64,000 bases of DNA from Bugula neritina. Taxonomy: Eukaryota > Animalia > Bryozoa. The notes beneath the pieces are model-generated. The model was given only the letters and a program-made list of their open reading frames with translations, did not search any database and had not been told where the DNA came from. Positions 13,741 through 25,800 of the stretch are shown here, piece after piece. The translations under genes were made by a program, and so were the position numbers. The stretch is from the NCBI GenBank assembly GCA_964035545.1, contig OZ037766.1:15366722-15430721 (forward strand), written 5' to 3'. Every line of letters starts with the position of its first letter. Positions within the stretch are counted from its first letter, which is position 1.

Positions 13741-15413
13741 ACACAACTGGAGTATCTTGGAGAAAAGATTGGAGGAATAGACATCAAGCGAGGAATTTTC
13801 CAAGGAGACTCTCTATCTCCACTCCTCTTTGTGACTGCTCTTATCCCTCTATCAATTTTAATGAGAGAAGCGGCTCAAGGATACAAATTTCGACAGGGCA
13901 GAAAAATAAACCATCTTCTATATATGGATGACTTGAAGCTATATGGGAAATCGAAGCCAGAACTGGAAGCTTTGGTGAACACTGCCAGGATCTTCACAAG
14001 AGATGTAGAAATGAAATTTGGGTTACAAAAATGTGCCACACTGGTTATGAAAAGAGGAAAGAAAATTGAAGACACAGGAATCACTATGCCCGATGAACAG
14101 GTAATCAAAGACCTGAATGAGGAGCCGTATAAGCATCTAGGAGTTCTTGAGACTGATAGAATAAAAATGGATGAAATGAAAGATAAAATCAGGAAGGAGT
14201 ACTATAGGCGAATAAGAAAAGTTCTGGAATCAAAACTGAATGGAGGGAATACGATCAAAGCAATAAACACTTGGGCAGTAGCAGCAGTGCGTTACACAGC
14301 TGGAATACTTGACTGGACTGTTGATGAACTAAAAGACATGGACAGAAAGACAAGGAAGCTTATGACAATAAATCGTGCCCTCCATCCAAGAGCAGATGTA
14401 GACAGGCTGTATGTTAGCAGAAGGGAAGGTGGAAGAGGGATGGTGTCAATTGAAGAATGTGTAAGGATTGAAGAATGCAGCATGTCAGATTACATAAAGA
14501 GGACATGCACTGATGGAGACACCACTCTGAATACCTTCCTAAAGGACAAAACAGCAATAGAAATCAAGAACGATAAATCGGTAGAAAGAACTGATGGGTG
14601 GAAAGAAAAGGATCTACATGGTCAGTACATCAGAAAGGTGGAGGACATGAAGACGTGCTCATGGAAATGGTTGAAATCTGGTTGGCTGAAAAAGGAAACA
14701 GAAGGGCTGCTGTTAGCTGCGCAAGATCAAGCACTCCCTACTAGAAATCATAAAGTAGCTATAATGAAAGAACAAGGTAGCAAGAAGTGTCGGATGTGTA
14801 ATGCAAGGGACGAGACTGTGGTGCATATACTGAGTGAATGTGAAAAGTTAGCACAAGGAGAATATAAGAAAAGACACGATCATGTGGCATCGATAATTCA
14901 CTGGGAGTTGTGTGAACTTCATGGATTTCAGAGAAGCAAAAATTGGTACGACCACCGAGCAGAATCAGTACTGGAGAATGACAATGTAAAAATATTGTGG
15001 GACTTCAACATACACACCGACAGAGTCATCGAAGCTAGGAGGCCTGATATAGTAGTAGTTGACAAGCGTAATGCTGAAACAACAATCATCGATATCGCAG
15101 TTCCTGGTGATTACAGAGTAAAAGAAAAAGAATCAGAGAAGATAGAAAAATATCAGGATTTAGCACTAGAGTTAACCCGCCTTTGGAAAATATCAACAAA
15201 AGTCATCCCCATTGTAATTGGAGCCCTTGGAGCTTCACTCAAGACTGTAGACTGGATGGCACTACTTGGAGTAGCTGAAAACAAATACCTACTGATTCAG
15301 CAGACAGCCTTACTAGGATCAGCTCACATCTTGAGGAAAGTTCTATCCATCCCAGCCTAGTGGAACTAGGCCGATGGTAGAAGGTTACACCAGCTAAAAG
15401 CTGTGATACAACC
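13741..15413 (+). mobile_element. 5'-truncated R4/Dong-type non-LTR retrotransposon (RT C-terminus, CCHC finger, restriction-like endonuclease)
   Basis: Open frame from 13741 to 15360 with GIFQGDSLSP, HLLYMDDLKLY, CRMC...H....C and the RLE motif RPDIVVVDK...IIDIAVP...EKIEKYQDL. It is flanked on both sides by (TAA)n, the known Dong target. Confidence 0.9.
13831..15360 (+). CDS. Truncated RT/RLE polyprotein of the R4/Dong-type element
   Basis: 509-aa ORF-track frame with no stops. It extends in frame upstream to 13741 and lacks the N-terminal part of the RT. Confidence 0.8.
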   Translation: MTALIPLSILMREAAQGYKFRQGRKINHLLYMDDLKLYGKSKPELEALVNTARIFTRDVEMKFGLQKCATLVMKRGKKIEDTGITMPDEQVIKDLNEEPYKHLGVLETDRIKMDEMKDKIRKEYYRRIRKVLESKLNGGNTIKAINTWAVAAVRYTAGILDWTVDELKDMDRKTRKLMTINRALHPRADVDRLYVSRREGGRGMVSIEECVRIEECSMSDYIKRTCTDGDTTLNTFLKDKTAIEIKNDKSVERTDGWKEKDLHGQYIRKVEDMKTCSWKWLKSGWLKKETEGLLLAAQDQALPTRNHKVAIMKEQGSKKCRMCNARDETVVHILSECEKLAQGEYKKRHDHVASIIHWELCELHGFQRSKNWYDHRAESVLENDNVKILWDFNIHTDRVIEARRPDIVVVDKRNAETTIIDIAVPGDYRVKEKESEKIEKYQDLALELTRLWKISTKVIPIVIGALGASLKTVDWMALLGVAENKYLLIQQTALLGSAHILRKVLSIPA

Positions 15414-15688
15414 AATAATAATAATAATAATAATAGCAGACAGCCTTACTAGGATCAGCTCACATCTTGAGGAAAGTTCTATCCATCCCAGCCTAGTGGA
15501 GCTAGGCCGATGGTAGAAGGTTACACCAGCTAAAAGCTGTGATACAACCAATAATAATAATAATAATAATAATAGCAGACAGCCTTACTAGGATCAGCTC
15601 ACATCTTGAGGAAAGTTCTATCCATCCCAGCCTAGTGGAACTAGGCCGATGGTAGAAGGTTACACCAGCTAAAAGCTGTGATACAACC
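15299..15688 (+). repeat. Three tandem copies of the retrotransposon's last ~115 nt, separated by (AAT)n
   Basis: agcagacagcc...gtgatacaacc starts at 15299, 15435 and 15574; copy 2 has one substitution. Confidence 0.95.
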
Positions 15689-16559
15689 AATAATAATAGC
15701 AATAGCAACACTAAGGGTAAGTCTAAGACTAATGCTAATAATAAAGTAAATGTAAATCTAATACTAATACTAATAGTAATAGTAATACTAATACTAATAG
15801 CAATAGTCAATAGTCATGGTGACAGCCACATTTACACTCACAGTCACAGTGATACTCGCATCGGTACTGATACTGAAAGTTAAGCTCAATCTGAATCTGA
15901 GACTGATGGCTAGTAATAATAACATTAAATTTATTTCCTAATCATTTAATTTATTAATAAATTATCATAATCTATACAATATGAATACATAAAATTTTAA
16001 TATTACCTAATTAAAATAATTACAGTTACTGTTGGTCATAGTGATAGTGTTTCTAAGTAGTAAGTGTTACACTTATACTCATAGTCATACTCATAGTGAT
16101 AGTGGTACTCATAATCATACTGAGTCTGATATGAATATAAATTAATATTATAATTATTTCAATAGGAATATGATTGTTTGAATTAAAATATCAAATTCAA
16201 TATGAACTAGAATATTAATATGAATATATGAAATTGAATATTAAATTCAAAATGAATATCAATTAAAATATTATTGTTATTTAATTCTATCACTAATAGT
16301 AATATTAATAATTATAATATTATTATAATTATTTATTATAATTTAAATTATGATTCGACATAGTTTTTTACTTTTACTAAATATTATATGAAATAATTAT
16401 TACTATAACTATTATTATTATCGATAATATTAATAATGATAACAAATATCAACCTTTGATTGCTATTATTTATATTTATTGCAAAAGTTAAATAATAAAT
16501 ATTTATATTCATAATTTCATATTGCTGTTGGGATATAAATATAAGTCGAGGGGTTATCT

Positions 16560-17200
16560 TACACAAGAGGGAAAATATTATACGTTTTAAAAACGGGAGT
16601 TATCGTAATAATGTCATAAGAAACATCAAGTCGGCCTAGTTCTGGTTAATTCTCTCATTGAAGAAGTACGGAGAAGAGACAACTTTGAGCAATAACGCAT
16701 AAAAAGAAATGTTTCAACTTCATATAGCCTGTGATACAAGTTATATTTGTAATACTAGTCAGTGGACGAGAGCGTCATACTGGTTGCACGGCTGTACCGG
16801 ACCAAAGCTAAGGTTGTCCAGCAAAGGGAATTCCCCCAAGTTGGAATTTTAGCTAAACTAAAGATTGCGTAGGCCATACTTGGTCTGCACTGAGCTTAAC
16901 TTTCAGCTTTGAAAAATCGTCATGGAGAGTTCGTTCGCCATAATGCGTTGAAAGTAATAATGTTCGGTTTGCTCAAAATTTTTGTTATAGCTTCAACAAC
17001 CTAAACTACTCGTACTTGGTGACATCGGCGGAAAACCTAACGGGTTAACCACTGACAGCAATCATCAGGTATGGCCGTCACCCTTACAGTCAGTGTTACT
17101 CTTACAGTTACACTTACTGTCAGTGTCAGCCAGAGTCAGCTTTTAATGACAGTTGCACTTGCTGTTAGACTTAGTGCTACTATTTCACTTTTTATCGTAT
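16560..17200. promoter_or_regulatory. Candidate bidirectional promoter with an NF-kB palindrome and an IRF-E-like site
   Basis: CpG-richer than the flanks. GGGAATTCCC is at 16826-16835 and TTTCACTTTT at 17183-17192. Outward-facing donor-like sites are GTAAGA (minus, 16562) and CAG/GTATGG (plus, 17069). Confidence 0.35.
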
Positions 17201-19623
17201 GACTTTCATTGTTGGTGTGAGTATGGTTAACTTACACGTTGTAATATAAATATAAAATAATGAATTTACTGTGAGAATGAGTGTATCCATGTTACACCTA
17301 CTCAGTTTGAGTTAGTCATAGTGATAGTCAGATAGTGTCACTGTCTATCATTATGATTATGCATTAAATTTAATGTATCAGTTATCATTATATTGATGTT
17401 TATAATGATAATGGATTGTTATTATCATTATGGTAAACATAATTGTGTTTGAGAGCTGTAGATAAGCAAAGGGTACATTGTTAGGGTATGTGTTTTATGG
17501 CCGCCTTGAGATAACTTGAATAGACTAATATATTGTAATTATAATATGTTCTAATGGTAGTAAAATAGTCAAGTACGCTGTTGAATATGCTTTAAAGATG
17601 TCTGTTAAAATTTAGTGTTGCTAATGTAAGATGAGCCCTAATCCTAATCAATCAATCAGCTGTTACAATGGGAAATCTCCTAGTCCTATCATCAGCGACT
17701 TAACGACCATTTAGCATCAGCTTCTCGTCACTTGCGTTCATATTAAGTAAAGTTTCAAACCAAAACTGGCTGTCCATGTTCAAGTGGAAGCAGTTCTTGT
17801 GCTGCCTCTTTGCAGCTCTGTTATATCTCCTGTTTTTTTCTAACTTTCAACGATCTTCGCTCGATGTTGTTTGCTGATCAAACTTGTATTAGAGTAACAT
17901 GGTGTTGGTTGGTCATCCAAGAAGTCTCTCTATGGAACTGTATTTCAGACACTCAGTAGAGGTATTCATGCATTCTCATAATCCTCAAGTTTGTTTACTA
18001 AAAGTGCTGAAGTAACACTTACTAGTTATCAAAGTTGATATCAATGATGGGAGGGTATTATTTTCTCACTTCACGCTTATTTTTGTTGAGGACCTTGGAC
18101 TCTAATCATCTATGTTTCATTTTGTTGCATGTTCTTTAGTAATAGGCACTTGGCATATTTTAGTCTACAAATATGCTTCCAAATACCAAAGATCACTTTT
18201 TTGACCTTGTGGGAAATGGATTTCACAGGTTTGGCTGCCGTCAGTCTCTAACTTCCTGGTAACTCTTTCACTTGTTCCAAACTGGGTTACTACTACTTAG
18301 TTGTGGGAAATTAGCTAGATAGTAGCCCAGGTTTATGTCAACAAGATGAACGTTGAACAGAGGTGTTTTATGTTTGTCATGAAAAAGATCAATTTTTTAG
18401 CTGTATAGGCTCAAAGTCCTTACGTGTCGCCATATTTTGCTGTCTGCAGCCTCTCTACCTTTTCAGGTATTCATATTTATCAACCTAATCAGTACCATTT
18501 TTTTTCGGTCAGTTAGTGAATGCCCTCAGATATTATATATAGCTGGACTGAGTTGTGATTTTATGTTATTATCTTGTAAGTATTGAAGTTTTGGCAGTAT
18601 TAGTAAGAGTGCTGAATGTTAATAAATGACTGTTAAATTTAGTATCAGTTGTTTGTCTTAACAGTTTTTGCCCACTACTGTAAACGTAATGTTCTTCACA
18701 AGGTGGCGGACACCTGGTCCTACTAATATCCATACATGACCCAGTGAATCTGCCGTTTTTATATTAACTTAGCACATTTATGGTACGCTGCCCTGTATAA
18801 GTAAGGAGTAGAAGGAAATTTTGACACTCTTCTAACTCATATTGCCATGCGTGGTTTTATCTGCATTTCCTAGCTTGGATCTTGCCGTGCAGCCTCAGCT
18901 ATGCACCTCTTTTAATGAAGATCTGTTCTACATAGTGGGGGCCACTATCTCTATCAGATCTTGATAAATAGTATGATTCTTTTAAATAGTGAACAAATGT
19001 CAGCATTGTTTCTTCCTAGTCATCACAATCTATGTAATATATTTTCTAGTATAGTAGTTGGTATTAAAAGTGATTCCGATTCTAAATGTTAGGTTACTGT
19101 AAATTTGTTATGTTTTGTGTTGCATGGTAAATAATAATATAATGTATACTTAGTTTGCATGTTATTACTGTAATGATAGAGCACCAGGTGAAAACTGAGC
19201 AGTAAGTAAAACATAGGAATGAGTAAATACATGTAATACTAATTGATTAGTAAGCAGTTTGCTTGAGAATGGTTGACACAATACTAATTGATGTAATGAG
19301 TATATAATATGGGAACAACTATGCTATGGAACTAGGCTGCAAGCTAGGTTTGAATGTAATTGTAAACTTTTGTATCAAAACTTTTTTTAAGTCATACTAC
19401 AATAACGGAATTTACTATTATTTTCAACTTGCTGGTGAAAATCACATAACCTAAATGTGAAGCCATCTTTATAATAAAGCTTCTATTGGCTATGAACATT
19501 TATTTTACTGTAAATTTTGTAATTGGAATAGAAGTACTTTATTTTTGAGTTCATGAGCTTCCCCAATTTCTGAAAAAAACTTTTAGTAATATTTTAATCC
19601 ATAACTTGCTTTTGGTTAAAGGA

Positions 19624-19849
19624 ATGATGGAGGCTGATGCCTCTTTTTCCTGTCCACATTGCAATGAAGTTTTGGAGACAAGGAATGGAAAGCCCCCTAA
19701 GTTCTGTTCAGAATGTGGTGAATCAATAGAGATAGCCAGCCCGAAGCCAGAGCTGTTTTGTCCAGAGTGTAGTACTGAACGGACAGTTAACAGTAAAACT
19801 GGAGCTTTGGGGAAGTTTTGCAGCGAGTGTAGCTACAAATTCTCACCAG
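19624..19849 (+). CDS. RNF213: RNF213-like first coding exon: two tandem zinc-ribbon units
   Basis: CPHC-x-FCSECG and CPEC-x-FCSECS. An AG acceptor lies just upstream of the ATG, and the GT donor is at 19850. Confidence 0.85.
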
Positions 19850-22800
19850 GTAGCGTGATTTACTCTTACTATTTATATTTAATTGACCTGTGTATGTGTA
19901 TGATTATTGCTATTATATATTGTCATATTGTTTAATATTGACTTTCATTCCATCTGTTTTGTAGAAGGTGCAAGTAAAACCGTCAAAGTCCTGTCTAGTT
20001 CTAAAGTCCCTGGCACTGTTCTTACCACCACTGATGGCTCTCTTGAAACCGATAAGTGTGAAGTGTAAGTATATTCAGTGTTCGTAAGTCTGTAGATTCT
20101 TTACAAATATCAACGTCTTACAAGGCTTAAACACACTAAAATCTAAACAATATTCTGAACAGTTTAGACTTGATATCAACACAACCGTTGAGAGTGGAAG
20201 CGCGATATATATCAGTAATAATTCTATAATAATATAATAATAGTAATAATATCTATAGCTGTATTTTATGCTGCATTTACTGAAATATTTTCTCTTTTGA
20301 GTTAAATGTCACATTTTAATAACAGGCCTGCTCATAGCTTCACAACTTCCTTTAATCAATTTTGCTTTGAGTAAGTAACTGAAATTTCAAACAAGTTTGA
20401 AGGGTTGCAAAAAAAGTTTACTTTGGAGAAGAAATATGATTATTTATGCAATATATTTCTAATTAGGTTAAGTTAAGTTCACATTTTCACAATTGTCTCT
20501 TTAAATGATTCACAGCAGATGTTAATTATAGAAACCGCTCTATCTAGCAACCATTCAATTTTTTCAGTTTATTCACAGTTCATGCTTAATAAAAATAAAA
20601 TTTATCCGGTATAGCATTTAGTGTCCATTTAAAAATAAATGTTAGAATATGTTTTCATTGAGCAGGCAGAAGTCTACAGCTACTAGTGTTGCACCATCTG
20701 TAACTGAATCAAAGAGAGATTCTTCAGGTAAGCATTTCCTGGCAAGCATACCAGTTCGTTTATTATTGAAAGTGTATATGCCTGTTAGGCAACAGGTCAA
20801 GGTTACCTTTTAGTTAGCTATAATGACCCTAAAGTCAGACAGTTTTTTAATTTTTGTATGTATTTGTAATTTATCTCCACATTAGCTTGTATTCTTATCA
20901 TGTCATGTAGTATGTTATTTATAGTATATAGTAAAGGGTTAGTTGGTGTCTACAGCACTAGATGTCAACTGAGCAGTGAGTAAGTAGTCATACGTAAGCA
21001 GAAGTGACTACAATGATGTGAGGTCCTCACTTGTCCTAGCGGCTAGTCTATCAATGATGTGTGGTACTAATTGAATAATGCACAATGTACACAATACTGG
21101 CAGACAACATACTAATCAATTATTTATTGATATTATGTTATAGGAATAAGATCATTATTGAACAATTACAACTATGTGGTTTTAATTATATACTTCTCTT
21201 GTAAATTCACCTTTCTTGAATTGGATTTTTGCGACATAAGACACAGCTTGCAATATCTGAGTTAGTGACTGTGGGCAACTTTTCTTTATGCATAGTCTAG
21301 TGAATGCAAGGTAGTGTTGTTTTTGCATTAAATTCATTATATTATGTCAATTGTTCCAATTTATTGCTCAAAGACAATAAGTTAGTATATTTGTTCAAAT
21401 GACTATAACAGATCTACAGTTGAATACTTTAAAGAACAGTTTAGTTTATTTTCGGAGTTAATGCAAATTCAAGCAACTAAAGGCATTTAAATAAACATGG
21501 GTATCACAAAGCTATTGGTTTTTAAAGCATGTGCACTTGTTGGTTTGCAGTCAACTATGAAGTTTAACTATTACATAAAAGTTCATAATTGTATAACACA
21601 AGTTGTATACTCTTTTATTACCTAGCTAAATATAATGTTGTTGTAGCTGGAGATGCACCAATCAAATCAGTGGAAACAAACCAAGGGCTGACAAATCCAA
21701 ATAAAAAACAACCTCTAACAGCTGACATCATCCAAAACAATGCAGACGTACCATACAAAGATGCCAGGGAGCTTAAAGAGACTACCTACAGTGAAAAACA
21801 GTCTGATAAAAGCATTCCAAGCCTTGGTAAACCAGAGAACTCCACCAGCAATGCTGAGGCTAATAATGTTCAGATTGTCAATAAATCAGACAAGATCCCC
21901 TTCAACGAAAGGAAACCAGAGGAAACTTTAGTAAGTCAAAGTAATTTAGACCAAACCAGTTCAGTTGAACAAACATCAAACTTGCCATCAGCTCTTGCCA
22001 CACCCAGCAGCAAGACTGACAACGTCCTCTCTTCAGATGAAGATCAGTCGGAAATAAAAACAACTTCAGGCTCATGCAAAGTTGGAAGGAAGACTTCAAC
22101 TAGTTCAGACGGTGAAGAGTTTCATGATGCTCCTGATGCGTGGCATTCAGCTGAATCTACTTCTACTGCAGGTGCAGTTAATACTGTCCTATCAAAACCT
22201 GGTGTTTACAGTTCTGACATCAGGCATAATATTGCCAAATCTACCACAGAAAAGGAAGCACCCTCTTTAACCTCTACTCAGCAAGGTGCACTTTCTACAC
22301 TCACCTCTGAAAAAGATTCACCCTCTGCAGGCTTTACAGAGAAAAAAGCTTCTCTTACAAACCTTACAGAACAATACTCACCATCTACAGACGTCACAGG
22401 AAAAAGAGCAAGTACCACAGGGAAGGAAGCTCCCTCTTCAACTACCACAGGGAAGGAAGCTCCCTCTTCAACTACCACAGGGGAGAAAGCTCTCTCTGCC
22501 TCTACCACAGGGAAGGAAACCCCCTCTGCAACTACCACAAAAGAAGATGCTTCTTCTACAGAAACAAAACCTGTCTTTGGTTTAAAAAGTGATCCTCAAG
22601 GTATGCCTATGCTGTCTTTTAGTAGCAGTTGCAAAGATTTCTATTGTATATTTTTATTTTCTTGTTGATTTGATGTTTACAGTTTTAATTGCTAAGCAAA
22701 TTGATATTCTTTTAGGATCATTTGCTGCTAAAACTTTGCATTGCAATTAAACCCCCAGTAAAAAGAAGATTGTGAAAGTACAGGCTATAGATACAGGCCT

Positions 22801-25800
22801 TAATAATAAGGAATAAAATGCATGTGTAGTTTATTATGTTTTTCAATATTGGATGGTTAAATATGCAGTTGTAGTTACTATAAAGTGCTAAATACGAAAA
22901 AATTCACTTATTATTTAGCCTGCCACAGCATACTGACTATTTTAAAGTGATGCAATTGTTACTCTTATTTATGTAGTAGTTTTAGATTTTTGAATACAAA
23001 CAAATAATTAGGAAAGGTAATGATAGCATTGTAAACATATTTTCTGTAGTTTCGAATGTTTTTTTAGTAAATGTAAATTTGATGCATTCATTAGAGCATA
23101 ATTAAATTATTGAATAAATTGTTATACATTATACCACTATTGTATGTGTTTTTGCTTTTATTATAGGTCCAGTTGCAAATTATACCAGAAGTAAAGTAAG
23201 GGATACACCTATGGATACTTCCCAAGACTTTGCCAATGGTACTAAATCAATCTGATTCATAAGATTCGGCAAGAATAAATTGTAATCGGATTTGCCAAGG
23301 CCTAATCATTAGCTTTAATGTTTTGGTTGCTTGTGTGTTCACACCTTATATGCTTTCAATTGTTGTTTATACCTAACCATTAAGGTTTTTTGATAAAATA
23401 TAACCATATTACTAACAGTACTAGCGAATTTGACCTGTTTTTCTAAAGTAATTTAGCTGTTGTTTTTATGATTAATTATAACCAGAAGTATCATTGAAGT
23501 GGAAATCTAGCCTTGATGGATTGTGTAGAATGAGTTCTGTACATGAAACATAGTTGGCATTAAATGTATTTCTACTATGCTGTTTGCACTACCACTTGAT
23601 AGCCACAAAGTATGTTTTATTGTTTCAGATTTAATTGACCTTCATGTTTGTTGGTTGTTGAATTGCCTTTTATAGTCTTTCAAATCTCACTTTAAATCTG
23701 TTTTTAAATAATGTTGTTAGTTTTGCCTGTTGAAATTTTAAAATTAATAATCAAATACATAGCATTAATTTTTTACGCTTATAAAAAATTTTAAATAACA
23801 AATTGAAAGAATAATCAAATGCTTAACTTGTAAATAAAATTATCCGCTTCTAAGCTAATAATTTTGTTGCTTTCCCTATTGTTGTGTTTAAAATTTTGAA
23901 GTCAGACAGAGTTTCTAAGTTATCTGGAATTTTCTCTGATTTTATTTACAGATCTCACTGACATCGAACTAAATGTGGTGTCTAGTTTTATGGAATTGGA
24001 TGAAAGTCTCGCACAGTTGGATATGCTAAGACAAGATGGCAAGGTCACTTTCAAAGACGAAGAAGAATCTTTTGTCATAAAAGCATTGGGTGATTTTCGA
24101 AAACGAAAAAAAGATTTTGACAAACACCAAAGAACTGCAATTGGCATAGAAGTTGTTAATGGAATGAGAAATGATTTCAACAAGTGGTCAAAAAAGCTAA
24201 ATACCGTGTTCGAAAGAAATCACTTGAAGCAGGTATGTAAAAATATTTAAAAACCTGCTATAAAAAACATTATCTGAAATACAGAAAAACTTTCTCATTA
24301 ACTGTTCACAATATTTTTTGATAAAACAATTTACATTATGTACAGCTGAAAGAAATCATAATTATTGTATAAACCGTTAACACTTCTAATTTGTGTACTC
24401 GTGTTATGTTGAATAATGAGCTGATAAAGGGCTCTATTTTATGTGTGTAGACATCTGTTCAAGAGCTACCTCGTCCCTCTACAAGAAATCCTACTCGAGC
24501 TACAGCTTCTGCTGCTAATACAAAGTAGGTGTCTGTTGAATGGTTGAAAAAAGACTCCCATCTAAGTGGCTTATATTTCTTTTATTCTAACAAATGCAAT
24601 TGATATGATTTTTTTTAAAAACGTCAAATTTACATAACCATTTTATTATTGATAACTAAGACAGAGTTAATGCCTATTTTTACATTTGAATCTAACTACT
24701 GCAAATGTCTTGTATTTTGTGATGTATAATTTATGCATTTTTTAAAATAATTTTTATGAAAAGAAATTGCTACTTATATTTACAATATTCATTTTAATGG
24801 CAGAGTAATGCAAGGGATTGAGTAGGTTTTAAAATGTTACTAAGATGTTATGTTTATTGTTTCTTCTTCCTACCTTTTAATGGCTGAGTCTATTCAAATA
24901 TTGGCTAATGTTTAGGCAACCAAATCAAGGAACCAAGCTGTTCACTTTCAAGGCTGTTTTGTCAGAAGAAGTAGAGAAATCATTGAAACTAGTTGGGTCT
25001 AAGCCCCAGTTAAGAATTCACAGTAAAAGGGATTGGGAAAAGCCCGTTGCTGCACTTGAATTTCGGTAAGTGTTTGATGATAATTTTATGTGATGTGATT
25101 ATACAAGTTTATATTGCGCACTGGAAAATATTTGTTTGCTGAAATATATTAAGTTTTATTTTATAATTTGAAGCCTTGTTTTCAAATAAAAAACCAACTA
25201 TGTAACTTTTATTTTTAGTGATGGCATATGGACTGGGCATTTGGAACTTGATTCACATGCCTTCATACAATACAAATACGTTTTGTATGTAAACAATGAG
25301 ATGATATATGAATGGCTTGGCGAGAGAAAATACGTGAAAGGCCCTATAAACAGGATACTTTGTGTTTCAGGCAAGGCATAAATCACCATTCATGGTTTTC
25401 TAATGATTTTATAGTTCCAAGTTACCTAAAACTATACTAACTAGGCCTAAGTTTACTCGCAACTTTCTCTCATAGTATTTGATACCTGATGGATTGTGTT
25501 GGAAATGTTGAAATAATAATTTAGCTTCAAAAAATAATATACATTAGCTATGAAAATTCGTCACAATTTTATTAGTTCATGCTTAGTCCTTTATCTCAAC
25601 TATTCAGTTATGATCATATGATTGCACTAATTTGTAACAGTAGATGTTTTAGGTAGATTCACTAACACCTATTCACATGGTTACAATAACTGATCAACTA
25701 TAGTAGTTATTACTAAATGCTTTCAAGCTTATTTAAAATGTAACGTAACTGAATGTATATTCACTATTGGAATTTATAGCTAGTTTGAAGGTTATAAAAA

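Noticed and set aside
15366-15810. Minus-strand ORFs 15366..15551 and 15502..15810
   Set aside because: They are antisense readings of the triplicated LINE tail and TAA/hexamer low-complexity sequence.
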